Positions 1 through 9,168 of a stretch of DNA of 64,000 nucleotides are shown here, one piece after another. The notes below the pieces were generated by a model. It worked only from the letters and a program-made list of their open reading frames with translations. It was not told the origin of the DNA and ran no database searches. The stretch comes from Candidatus Eiseniibacteriota bacterium (lineage in GTDB: Bacteria > Eisenbacteria > RBG-16-71-46 > CAZAMP01), in assembly GCA_965224245.1 (NCBI GenBank), contig OZ245046.1, positions 1,216,001 to 1,280,000 on the forward strand, read 5' to 3'. Positions within the stretch are counted from its first letter, which is position 1. Every line of letters begins with the position of its first letter. The position numbers were made by a program, and so were the translations under genes.

Positions 1-1
1 G

Positions 2-187
2 ATGATCGTGTACGACGTCAGGGGACGGAAGGTGCACGACACGAGCCTCCCCTCCGCGATCGGCACGCACGAGTGGACATGGGACTCCCGGGACGCGTCG
101 GGCCGAAAGGTCGGACCGGGCCGCTACATCCTGGAGTTCAGGGCGGGCGGCGTGCGCGAGCGCCGTTCGGTCACCGTCCTCGGATAG
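2..187 (+). CDS. C-terminal end of a secreted protein with FlgD-Ig/T9SS-like CTD (5' truncated by window)
   Basis: YDVRGRKV...WTWDSRDASGRKVGPGRYILEF...RRSVTVLG matches the YDxxGRxV / WDGRDxxG / GxY CTD pattern seen in four other proteins of this window. Confidence 0.8.
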   Translation: MIVYDVRGRKVHDTSLPSAIGTHEWTWDSRDASGRKVGPGRYILEFRAGGVRERRSVTVLG

Positions 188-240
188 GCCGACGCCGACT
201 GTCCGCCGGGCACCCCGGGGCGGACAGTTCCAACACGACA

Positions 241-277
241 CGACCCCCTTCCGGACATCCGGAGAGGGGGTCGTTTC
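241..277 (+). terminator. Probable intrinsic terminator hairpin between convergent genes
   Basis: CGACCCCCTTCCGG-ACAT-CCGGAGAGGGGGTCG stem with one bulge, followed by TTTC; lies between stops at 187 (+) and 361 (-). Confidence 0.6.
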
Positions 278-291
278 TGAAGTCGCTCCGC

Positions 292-332
292 GTCGGCGAC
301 ATGCCGTGTCGGTGACATGCCGTGTCGGTGAC
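292..332. repeat. Short 16-bp tandem repeat (~2.5 copies)
   Basis: GTCGGCGACATGCCGT GTCGGTGACATGCCGT GTCGGTGAC. Confidence 0.8.
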
Positions 333-360
333 CCGCGCGCCGGTCGTGCCGATCCGCGCG

Positions 361-1746
361 TCAACGCAAGAGGATCATCGACCGGGACAGCGTCACGCCG
401 CGCGACTCGAGCCGGTACAGATACACACCCGACGACATCTCGGCCCCGCGATCGTCACGACCGTCCCAGGTGATCACGTGATCGCCGGAGGCGAGATAGT
501 CGCCCTCGAGCAGGGTGCGCACGAGGCGCCCCGACTCGTCGTAGATGCGGATGCTCGTACGGTCGCCCACGTCCAGGTTGAACTGGATGTGCGTGGTCGG
601 ATTGAACGGGTTCGGGCTGTTCCAGAGGTTCAGACGCTGATGGATCGGCGCCTGCGTGTCCTCGACGGCCACCGTCAGGTCGCAGACGTCCTCGTCGCCG
701 AACGACGGGACGCCCTGCTTGAACTGCGGTGCGTTGTGATAGACCTTCGCGAACGTGCTGCGGGCATTGAGACCCTCGACGTACGAGCAGCGGATCGCGT
801 TGAAGCCGATCCCCTCGCCGATCGACACGGGGGTCGTGATCGGGTTGACGGTGTAGAGGCCGTTCGAGTCGATCGCGCCCAGTGACGACGTGTAGGGGTA
901 CGTCGCGTTGGTCAGTCCCCACGCACCCTCGAGCGTCCAGCCGTCGGTCCCCGACTCGAAGTCGTCCGAGAAGACCGGGACGCCGTCCAGCACCAGGTGC
1001 ACGTCGTCGATGAACCAGCCGTCGTCGTTCGCCGACGAGCTCGTCGAGAATCGGAACCGGAAGCGGACGTCGGACTGGCCGAGGAGGCCGGCCAGGTCCA
1101 CCTCGCCGCGCTTGAACTGATGGTGGTCACCGAGATACGTCTGGTAGTGGGCGCCGGTCGGGGTGTCCTCCGGATCGAGCGCGAACCAGCCGCTGCCCGT
1201 GTTCGCCTCGACGTAGCCCTTGTCCTGCGTCGAGCTCCAGCGCAGATGGTGATGGTGGAAGAAGATCAGCTTCGCGATGGACGCACTGGAGAGGTCGAAG
1301 GCCTGGTCGATCGTCGCGCTGATGTTCTGGCTGCCCGAGTACGTCCCGTTCGGGCTGTCGGCCAGCGCGCGACCGCCCGACGCCGCGTCCGGCGCGCCGG
1401 AAACGACCGTCCACGTCGTGTTCCCGTCGAGCGTCGTCGTCTCGCCGAGGCAAACGTCGTCGCCGGTGCCGTACTCCGCGATGCCGTTCGCCCCGACCGT
1501 GTAGCCGTAAGCCACGAACTGGTAGGAGTGCCGCTCGATCCAGCCACCGCCGGACGCGTCCCGGATGTGGACCAGTGCCTGCGAAAACTGCCACGTGCCA
1601 TTGCCGCTCGGACCCCGCTCGTCGCGGGTCGACTGGCAGCGCTCGAGCATGATGTAGTCCGGAAGCTCGGCCGCCGCGATGGATGCGACCGTCGTCAGTG
1701 CGGCGGCCAGCGTGGCCGAGCGGATGACCTCGTGCGTGCTTCGCAT
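361..1746 (-). CDS. Secreted protein with immune-inhibitor-A/MAM-like beta-sandwich domain and FlgD-Ig/T9SS-like CTD
   Basis: Signal peptide (SATLAAALTTVASIAAA); DSPNGTY...FRFRFSTSSSANDDGWFIDDV and FSDDFESG motifs; C-terminal NSPNPFNPTT..YDESGRLVRTL..WDGRDDRG..SSGVYLYRL. Confidence 0.8.
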   Translation of the reverse strand: MRSTHEVIRSATLAAALTTVASIAAAELPDYIMLERCQSTRDERGPSGNGTWQFSQALVHIRDASGGGWIERHSYQFVAYGYTVGANGIAEYGTGDDVCLGETTTLDGNTTWTVVSGAPDAASGGRALADSPNGTYSGSQNISATIDQAFDLSSASIAKLIFFHHHHLRWSSTQDKGYVEANTGSGWFALDPEDTPTGAHYQTYLGDHHQFKRGEVDLAGLLGQSDVRFRFRFSTSSSANDDGWFIDDVHLVLDGVPVFSDDFESGTDGWTLEGAWGLTNATYPYTSSLGAIDSNGLYTVNPITTPVSIGEGIGFNAIRCSYVEGLNARSTFAKVYHNAPQFKQGVPSFGDEDVCDLTVAVEDTQAPIHQRLNLWNSPNPFNPTTHIQFNLDVGDRTSIRIYDESGRLVRTLLEGDYLASGDHVITWDGRDDRGAEMSSGVYLYRLESRGVTLSRSMILLR

Positions 1747-2098
1747 AAGCCCTCACCCTGGATGCGCGAAAGTGCGCGCTCGAGCGCGCGAGTGGTCGGC
1801 CGAGACCGGCAGGCGAGGGCACGCCATGACGCGCGAGCACACCCCCATGGAGCTCCGACTCGGAACGAATGAACGAAGGCGAAGTATACCAGCGTCTTAG
1901 GCCATTCGCCCACCCATTATCGATCCGAGGTCGGCCCGAGGCATCAAACAGAGTCATCAAGGAGTAGGGGCTGTGTTATTGGCGCCTCGATGTCCGGCCG
2001 ACTCGTCGGACGGCTTTGCGCGGTGGCGTGCGCTTGACCCCGGGCGCTCATTGCGAACACTATCCCGTCGACACCTCGCAGCATCACGGGAGAGCGAC

Positions 2099-3712
2099 AT
2101 GAGAGCGCGGCGCGCTCGGCAGCTGATCGCCCTGACGATCGCCGCCATCGGCATCCTCGGAGCGTGTGACGGATCGCGTATGTCCGATCCGGTCGCCGGC
2201 CTGTCCGACGACCCCCGGGACGACGGGGATGGAAGCCTGCTGGACGGCGGGGCGTCCGATTCCACGGGCTCGCCGTCGGACTCCACCGAGTCGCCCTCGG
2301 ACTCGACGTACGTGCCCGGCGACGATGACCCGGGAGACGACGACGGAACCGGAGACGGAGACGACGGCGGAGTCGGCGACGACCCTGGAGACGGCGATGG
2401 CGGCGGTGAGGGAGACGGCGACGACGATGCACCACCCGCCTGGGGATTACCTGGAGACGGACCCTCGAGCGTCGAGACGTTTCCGAAGCTCGCGACCCTC
2501 ATCGGGAGCTGGGATGCCTACTCGCCGGTCGATCAGGATCGGATCGCCCGGTTCGACCTGATCTCGCTCGCGGCATCCCCGCCGACGGTCGCCGACATCC
2601 GCGGACGCAATCCGTCCGTCACGCTGTACTACCGCGTGATGCCCCAGGCGGTCGCGGCTCGCGCCTGGGGGCGCTCGTGGTCGTGGATGGACGTCGTACG
2701 CGACTACTGCGAGAAGAACGACTGGATCCTCCGCCACGACACCGGAGGTGAGGCGATCGCGAAGGGGTGGGGTGGCTACTGGCGGTGGGGTGACTTCACG
2801 TCACGGTGTCCCGAGGGCACGTACTTCGATCCGGAGCTGCCCGAGCTGGACAGCCGCGGCCTGAGGCTGGCCGACTGGATGGCACGGCGCTTCGTTCCGT
2901 GGTTCGTCTCGCACCGGATGGTCGGGTACGACGGGCTCTGGTGGGAGGTCGTCGTGCAGCGCGCCAACAGCTACTGGTGGCACGACGACACGCCCGGTCC
3001 CGACGGCGGCTATCTCGACTGGGATCGCAACGGCGTGGCCGACGTCGTCGAGGGCGGTGCGGCAGCGATCGAGGCGTTCCGTGACGACTGGCGCGCCACC
3101 ACGAATCGCTGGATGCTCGAGGTGCGAGCGCGGCTGGGTGCACGCGTTCCGATCATCGGCGGCGGGGACGCGTTCGCGCCGCCGCTGGCGAACTTCGAGG
3201 GCTTCAAGAACGAGGACTTTCTGCATCGTAATCGGAGCCATGGTCCCCGCTGGGACTGGTGGGACGAGTTCTACTCGTCCTCGCCGAGCCACCCGAGACG
3301 CGGATACGTGTATCAGCGGGATCGTGCCCGCGCCGGATGGTCGCTGTCGATCAACCAGGTCCAGTGGTCCGACGACGCGTCCTGGAGCTTCTCCGATCCG
3401 GTCGAACGGGATCGGGTGCTGCGGCTGGCGTTCGGGACCACGCTTTTGGGGGACGGCTACTTCTGCTACCTCGACTACGAGCATCCGATCGGAAGTCATC
3501 CGCGCGTGCCGTGGGTTCCGGAGCTGTACGAGCGGCGTCTGGGCACGCACGCCTATCCGTTCGAGCGGTACGTGTCCGGGCGGGATACCCTGTACACCCG
3601 CTACTTTCACGACGGGACGGGCCGCGTGACCGGCTTCGTCGCGGTCAATCCGAATGACCGGTCCATCGAGGGGATCCCACCCGAGGACGCCCTCATCGAG
3701 GTGTACGAATGA
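2099..3712 (+). CDS. Lipoprotein, putative glycoside-hydrolase-like (TIM-barrel) protein with acidic D/G-rich linker
   Basis: ATG 2099 gives MRARRARQLIALTIAAIGILGAC (lipobox); D/G/S low-complexity linker; Trp-rich body with YDGLWWE and RLAFGTTLLGDGYF motifs. Confidence 0.65.
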   Translation: MRARRARQLIALTIAAIGILGACDGSRMSDPVAGLSDDPRDDGDGSLLDGGASDSTGSPSDSTESPSDSTYVPGDDDPGDDDGTGDGDDGGVGDDPGDGDGGGEGDGDDDAPPAWGLPGDGPSSVETFPKLATLIGSWDAYSPVDQDRIARFDLISLAASPPTVADIRGRNPSVTLYYRVMPQAVAARAWGRSWSWMDVVRDYCEKNDWILRHDTGGEAIAKGWGGYWRWGDFTSRCPEGTYFDPELPELDSRGLRLADWMARRFVPWFVSHRMVGYDGLWWEVVVQRANSYWWHDDTPGPDGGYLDWDRNGVADVVEGGAAAIEAFRDDWRATTNRWMLEVRARLGARVPIIGGGDAFAPPLANFEGFKNEDFLHRNRSHGPRWDWWDEFYSSSPSHPRRGYVYQRDRARAGWSLSINQVQWSDDASWSFSDPVERDRVLRLAFGTTLLGDGYFCYLDYEHPIGSHPRVPWVPELYERRLGTHAYPFERYVSGRDTLYTRYFHDGTGRVTGFVAVNPNDRSIEGIPPEDALIEVYE

Positions 3713-3728
3713 CGATGCGAGGAGCCCG

Positions 3729-4364
3729 GTGACGCCGTCGGAGGTCCGCGCCGCCGTGGCCGGGACGATCCGGTCGCGGCGGACGCGAAAGATCCTCGAC
3801 GGTCCCCGACGATCCGATCCCCCACAGACGCGCGAGGCGTTCCGGGCGACCCTGTCCGAGGTGATCGCGCTGGCCGGATGGGCACCGTTCCACTACCCGG
3901 TCCACCCCGAGGTGCCCGAGCCGTGGCGTTTCTACGTGCTCGACAACGCCGAGCTGGCGGCGCTGGCCGCCCGCTGTCCCGAGGCGATCGTCGGGAAGCT
4001 CCCGGACATCTTCGCCGGCGCCGGCGCGATGGTTCAGGTCACGCACGTGTGCGAGACCGACGAGAAGACCGCTGCGCGTGACGCCGAGCATGCAGCAGCG
4101 ACTGCCGCCGCGGTTCAGACCCTGCTCCTCGCGGCCGAGGTCTACGGGCTCGGGAGCTACTGGTGTACGGCGAAGACCCTGACCGCGCCCGACGTGGCGG
4201 AGGCCATCGGCGTCTCGCCGGCCGAGGTGGTCGTGGGCTCGATCTTCCTCGGTCGACCGCTGGACGCCGCCGACGAGGCGACACGGGGCATCGGCGGCAA
4301 GCTCCGGGACCGGCGCACCGCTCCGGACGCCGGCTGGTGTCGATGGGTTCGTGTGGGTCGATGA
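3729..4364 (+). CDS. Nitroreductase family protein
   Basis: GTG with GAGGAG RBS; IRSRRT, AGWAP, EPWRFYV, AAAVQTLLLAAEVYGLGSYW motifs. Confidence 0.85.
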   Translation: MTPSEVRAAVAGTIRSRRTRKILDGPRRSDPPQTREAFRATLSEVIALAGWAPFHYPVHPEVPEPWRFYVLDNAELAALAARCPEAIVGKLPDIFAGAGAMVQVTHVCETDEKTAARDAEHAAATAAAVQTLLLAAEVYGLGSYWCTAKTLTAPDVAEAIGVSPAEVVVGSIFLGRPLDAADEATRGIGGKLRDRRTAPDAGWCRWVRVGR

Positions 4365-4383
4365 TCGGGGTCGGCCGCGATTC

Positions 4384-5280
4384 TCACGCGCGTCGCCGCC
4401 CGAGGCGGGCCCCGATCCAGGCATGCACGGCCTCGGGATCCGCGAAGAGTACGTAGCTCGCCATCATCACCAGCGAGAACGTGAGGATGTGCATCGTGAC
4501 ACTGATCCCCAGGTGGAATCCGACGCCCAGCACGACCGCCACCCGGCGCGTTCTCGGGATCCACAGACCGAGCGGCAACAGGAGCTCCAGCGCGACCGTG
4601 CCGATCGCCACCGGTGCGAGGTTTCTCGGCTCTCCGATCGCGGTCTGAAGCGACGCCATCGTCTCGGTCGACAGGAACGACGAGAGCCACCGCCAGAACG
4701 GCGTCGTGGGAAAGGACAGTCCGAAGAAGTACGAGAGTGTCTCGCCGCGGAAGTACGCCGGATGGATCTTGTGAAGCGCCGCGTACACGTAGATCACGGT
4801 GACCTGAAACGGAATGAGTCGGGCCACGATGCGAGGGGCGTCGCGGCCGAGGAGCGCGGTGAGTCGCCGCTCGCGCAGGACCCGCACGAGCGAGAATGCA
4901 TCGGATGCCGGGGTGCACGCGAACAACGCCAGCAGCACCAGGAACACGTACGGGTGGTTTCGGAAGTTCAGCTGATCGGCGAAGAAGAGGTAGCCCTGCA
5001 GGCCCACGAGCACCACGGCCGAGACGCGGACGGCGACCCCCAGCGTGAAGGTGGCGATGAACGGGATCTGGAGCCAGTGGAGAAGACGGTACACGGGCTC
5101 GCTCACCAGTGGGAGCGCAACCGTGTACGGCAGGTGGAACCCGCCGGCGATCGCGAACCTCTGCTTCTCCAGCGACGTGGTCAGCTCGATGGCCAGCGCC
5201 ACCCCGAAGAGCACGCGGAACACGCCGAGAGCCGTCGTCGGGGCGGGGGCGTACCAGAAGCGCTCCCAGGCGCTCCTCAT
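4384..5280 (-). CDS. HTTM-domain membrane protein (vitamin K-dependent gamma-carboxylase/SdpB-like N-terminal part)
   Basis: LGVFRVLFG, FRNHPYVF, VIYVYAALHK, ELLLPLGLW, FHLGI motifs; multiple TM segments; ATG at 5280. Confidence 0.85.
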   Translation of the reverse strand: MRSAWERFWYAPAPTTALGVFRVLFGVALAIELTTSLEKQRFAIAGGFHLPYTVALPLVSEPVYRLLHWLQIPFIATFTLGVAVRVSAVVLVGLQGYLFFADQLNFRNHPYVFLVLLALFACTPASDAFSLVRVLRERRLTALLGRDAPRIVARLIPFQVTVIYVYAALHKIHPAYFRGETLSYFFGLSFPTTPFWRWLSSFLSTETMASLQTAIGEPRNLAPVAIGTVALELLLPLGLWIPRTRRVAVVLGVGFHLGISVTMHILTFSLVMMASYVLFADPEAVHAWIGARLGRRRA

Positions 5281-5687
5281 TCGTCCCTCACGCCGTGGTT
5301 CGGTGCGGTGCACACGTCCGGCTCGTCCACCAGCACGGTGAGCTCGCCGCCGTCCTGGCGACACGCGACGCGGACGCTCACCGGCCCGAAGCGCCCATCC
5401 CGCCGGAGCTCGCGGCACAGCCAGGCGTGGAACACGGGAAGCACGTCGCGGTGGAGAACACGGTGTACCTGTCCGGTGCGGTGGAGGTAGGCGTCGAGGT
5501 CGATGCGCTCGGGCTCGTGTCCGGGCTCGGTGATGGCATACGTGATCTCACAGCCGTATTCGTGCGCGTACATGTTCCACGTGAAGTTGTCCCGCGAGTC
5601 GACCTTGCTCCCGAGCAGCGCGGGAATGGGGATGACGATCTGCAGGGCCACGTACGTCGCGACCAGGATCGATTTCCAAATCGGCAT
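5277..5687 (-). CDS. Small single-TM protein resembling the C-terminal (luminal) part of vitamin K-dependent carboxylase homologues
   Basis: One TM then FTWNMY, LPVFHAWLCREL, VRVACRQDGGELTVLVD; 4-bp overlap with the HTTM gene. Confidence 0.65.
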   Translation of the reverse strand: MPIWKSILVATYVALQIVIPIPALLGSKVDSRDNFTWNMYAHEYGCEITYAITEPGHEPERIDLDAYLHRTGQVHRVLHRDVLPVFHAWLCRELRRDGRFGPVSVRVACRQDGGELTVLVDEPDVCTAPNHGVRDE

Positions 5688-5848
5688 GGCGGGCGTCCTC
5701 GCTGGGTGGACACTAGCACTTTCTCCTGGAACAGCTTACACGGTTTTGTGCGGCGCGATCACTTGCACGTGCCGCACCCTCCGCCGTATCCTCGGACGCT
5801 CGAAATCCGATCACACTCGGCCGTCGTCCAACGTGAGTGGAGCGATCG

Positions 5849-7441
5849 ATGAAGGTCCGAACCCGTTTCGCGCCCAGTCCCACCGGATATCTCCACATCG
5901 GGGGCGTCCGCACGGCACTGTTCAACTGGCTCTACGCGCGCCGCCACGGCGGCACGTTCGTGCTCCGGATCGACGACACCGACCAGGTGCGCAACGTGCA
6001 GGCCGCGCTTCAGCCAATCCTCGACGGCTTCCGCTGGCTCGGGATCGACTGGGACGAGGGCCCCGAGGTCGGGGGTGACCTCGGTCCGTACTTCCAGTCT
6101 CAGCGTTCGGATCGGTATCGGCGAGCGGTGGCGACGCTGCTGGAGCGCGGCGTCGCCTACCGCGACTACGCGACCACGGACGAGCTGGCCGCCGAACGCG
6201 ATGCCGCGCAGCGCGCGAAGCGGAACTTCATCTACAGCCGGCGCTACATGGCCGAGACGGACGCCCAGTGCCGGTCCTTCGAGGCCGAGGGACGACACGG
6301 TGTCGTCCGGCTGAAGATGCCGCGCGAGGGTGCGTGCGTGGTCTCCGATCTCGTCCGCGGCGTCGTGGAGTTCGAGTGGGCGCGCGAGCAGGACCACGTG
6401 ATCCAGCGGGCCGACGGGTCGTGCCTGTACCATCTGGCGAGTGTCGTGGACGACCACGAGATGGAGATCAGCCACGTGATCCGGGCCGAGGAGCACCTCT
6501 CGAACACGCCGCGCCAGATGTTCATCGCCGAGGGGCTGGGGATCGAGCCGCCCACGTTCGCGCATCTGCCGGTCGTGGCCGAGCCCGGATCGAAGAACAA
6601 GCTCAGCAAGCGCAAGATCGAGAAGTACCTCAAGCACGCCGACTTCGCGAAGCTCAACGCGCGCGGGGTCGCGATCGCGGAGGCGATCGGTCGCGACGTC
6701 ACGTCCGAGTCGTTCAACCCGGTGCTGGTCGGCTTCTACGCGAGCACGGGGTTCCTGCCGGACGCCGTGGTCAACTACCTCCTTCTGCTGGGGTGGTCGC
6801 TCGACGACCGCACCGAGATCATGTCCCGCCGCGAGATGATCGAGAGCTTCTCGCTCGACCGGGTGAACAAGGCGGCGGCCAGCTTCGATCCGGCCAAGCT
6901 GCTCGCGTTCCAAGAGCGGTACATGGGGGCTCTCGACGTCGACATGCGGACCGAGCACGTCCTGCCGTTCCTGGTTCGCGGCGGGCTCCTGCCCGAGCCG
7001 GTGACCGACGAGGCGAGGGACAGGGTTCGCCGGGTGGTCGCGGCCGCCGACGATCGGATCAAGATCGCCGGTGACGTGCTCGAGTACGCGACGTTCTTCC
7101 AGCCCCCCGATGCCGTCGAGTACGACGAGGCCGCGCTCACCAAGCGGCTGCGGAAGCCGGAGGATGCGCCGAGGCTGCTCCGGGCGTTCCGGGATCGACT
7201 CGGCGGACTCGACGCGTTCGACCCCGACACGCTGGAACACGCGCTCACGGACTTCGTCGAGAGCGAGGGCATCGGGATCGGACGGATCATCCATGCGCTA
7301 CGGGTGGCCACGACGGGCTCGGCCGTGGGGTTCGGCATGTACGAGGCGCTGGCCATCCTCGGCAAGGACCAGGTGCTGGCCCGAGTGGATCGCGCGCTCC
7401 GGCTCGCGAAGGGTCCCCGAAGAGGCGAGGCGGTGTCATGA
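5849..7441 (+). CDS. gltX: Glutamate--tRNA ligase
   Basis: [46 protein letters not shown]. Confidence 0.97.
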   Translation: MKVRTRFAPSPTGYLHIGGVRTALFNWLYARRHGGTFVLRIDDTDQVRNVQAALQPILDGFRWLGIDWDEGPEVGGDLGPYFQSQRSDRYRRAVATLLERGVAYRDYATTDELAAERDAAQRAKRNFIYSRRYMAETDAQCRSFEAEGRHGVVRLKMPREGACVVSDLVRGVVEFEWAREQDHVIQRADGSCLYHLASVVDDHEMEISHVIRAEEHLSNTPRQMFIAEGLGIEPPTFAHLPVVAEPGSKNKLSKRKIEKYLKHADFAKLNARGVAIAEAIGRDVTSESFNPVLVGFYASTGFLPDAVVNYLLLLGWSLDDRTEIMSRREMIESFSLDRVNKAAASFDPAKLLAFQERYMGALDVDMRTEHVLPFLVRGGLLPEPVTDEARDRVRRVVAAADDRIKIAGDVLEYATFFQPPDAVEYDEAALTKRLRKPEDAPRLLRAFRDRLGGLDAFDPDTLEHALTDFVESEGIGIGRIIHALRVATTGSAVGFGMYEALAILGKDQVLARVDRALRLAKGPRRGEAVS

Positions 7442-9168
7442 GCGACTCCAGAACGACGAGGACCGAGGGCGCGCCCGGAACGCCTCCACACTTCATCCAC
7501 CAGGCGATCGTCCGGCACAACCAGGAGGGACGCTTCGGCGGGAAGGTGCTGACGCGCTTTCCGCCCGAGCCCAACGGGTTTCTCCACATCGGGCATGCCA
7601 AGGCGATCGCGGTGAGCTTCACGGTGGCCGAACGCTTCGGCGGCAACACCAACCTGCGGTTAGACGACACCAACCCGCTGAAGGAGGACGACATGTTCGT
7701 CGAGGCGATCCAGCGGGACATTCGCTGGCTCGGCTTCGACTGGTGCGATCGTCTGTTCTTCGCCTCGGACTACTTCGAGACGCTGTACGAGTACGCGGTG
7801 CGCCTGATCGAGGCAGGCAAGGCCTTCGTGTGCGATCTCTCGGCCGCCGAGATCCGCGAGACCCGCGGCACGCTGACCGAGGCCGGACGGAACAGCCCGT
7901 ATCGCGATCGGTCGATCGAGGAGAGCCTGGATCTGTTCGCACGCATGCGCCGGGGCGAGTTCCCCGACGGCACCCGCACGCTGCGTGCCAAGATCGACAT
8001 GGCGGCCGGCAACCTCAACCTGCGCGACCCCGTGATGTACCGCATCTCTCACGCGCGGCATCATCGGACCGGGAACGCCTGGTGCATCTATCCCACGTAC
8101 GACTGGGCGCACGGACAGTCGGACTCGATCGAGGGCATCACGCACTCGCTGTGCAGTCTCGAGTTCGAGGACCATCGCCCGCTCTACGACTGGTTTCTGG
8201 ATCAGCTCGGCATCCACCACCCGCAGCAGATCGAGTTCGCGCGGCTGAACCTCAACTACACGGTCATGAGCAAGCGCATGCTGCGGCAGCTGGTCGAGGA
8301 CGGGCACGTCGACGGCTGGGATGATCCCCGCATGCCCACGCTGGCCGGGATGCGACGCCGGGGCTACACTCCCGAGGCCATCCGGAACTTCTGCGAGATC
8401 ATCGGTGTGGCCAAGCAGAACAGCACCGTCGACATCGCGCTGCTCGAGCACTGCGTCCGCGAGCACCTCAACCAGGTCGCCACACGTCTGATGGTGGTGC
8501 TGCGACCACTCAAGGTCGTGCTGACGAACTACCCCGAGGGACAGGTCGAAGAGCTCGACTGCATCAACAACCCCGAGGACCCCGTCGGGGGCGGCTCTCG
8601 CCGCGTGCCGTTCTCGCGCGAGCTCTACATCGAGAACGCCGACTTCCGCGAGGATCCGCCGAGGAAGTTCTTCCGCCTGGCCCCGGGTCGCGAGGTGAGG
8701 CTCCGCTACGCGTACTTCATCACCTGCGAGGAGGTCGTCAAGGACGCCGACGGCAACGTCGTCGAGCTTCGCTGCCGCTACGATCCGGCCACCCGCGGCG
8801 GCGACGCGCCCGATGGCCGGCGCGTCAAGGCCACGCTGCACTGGGTTTCCGCGCCGCACGCGGTCCCTTTGACGGTTCGGCTCTACGAGCGGCTGTTCTC
8901 GGTCGAGGATCCGACCGACGTGCCCGAAGGCGGGTCGTTCCTCGACCATCTCGATCCGGGCTCGGTCGAGACGCTGACCGGGTGCATGGGCGAGCCGGCC
9001 GTCGGCGAGGCCACGCCCGATGACCGCATCCAGTTCGAGCGTCAGGGCTACTTCGCGCTCGACACGAGACAGGACGCAGAGCCACCGGTCTGGCTGCGCA
9101 CGGTGTCGCTCCGGGACAGCTGGGCGAAGATCGAGCGTGCGCTGAAGGGTGGGCAGGGAGGGGCATGA
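7438..9168 (+). CDS. glnS: Glutamine--tRNA ligase
   Basis: [58 protein letters not shown]. Confidence 0.97.
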   Translation: MSDSRTTRTEGAPGTPPHFIHQAIVRHNQEGRFGGKVLTRFPPEPNGFLHIGHAKAIAVSFTVAERFGGNTNLRLDDTNPLKEDDMFVEAIQRDIRWLGFDWCDRLFFASDYFETLYEYAVRLIEAGKAFVCDLSAAEIRETRGTLTEAGRNSPYRDRSIEESLDLFARMRRGEFPDGTRTLRAKIDMAAGNLNLRDPVMYRISHARHHRTGNAWCIYPTYDWAHGQSDSIEGITHSLCSLEFEDHRPLYDWFLDQLGIHHPQQIEFARLNLNYTVMSKRMLRQLVEDGHVDGWDDPRMPTLAGMRRRGYTPEAIRNFCEIIGVAKQNSTVDIALLEHCVREHLNQVATRLMVVLRPLKVVLTNYPEGQVEELDCINNPEDPVGGGSRRVPFSRELYIENADFREDPPRKFFRLAPGREVRLRYAYFITCEEVVKDADGNVVELRCRYDPATRGGDAPDGRRVKATLHWVSAPHAVPLTVRLYERLFSVEDPTDVPEGGSFLDHLDPGSVETLTGCMGEPAVGEATPDDRIQFERQGYFALDTRQDAEPPVWLRTVSLRDSWAKIERALKGGQGGA

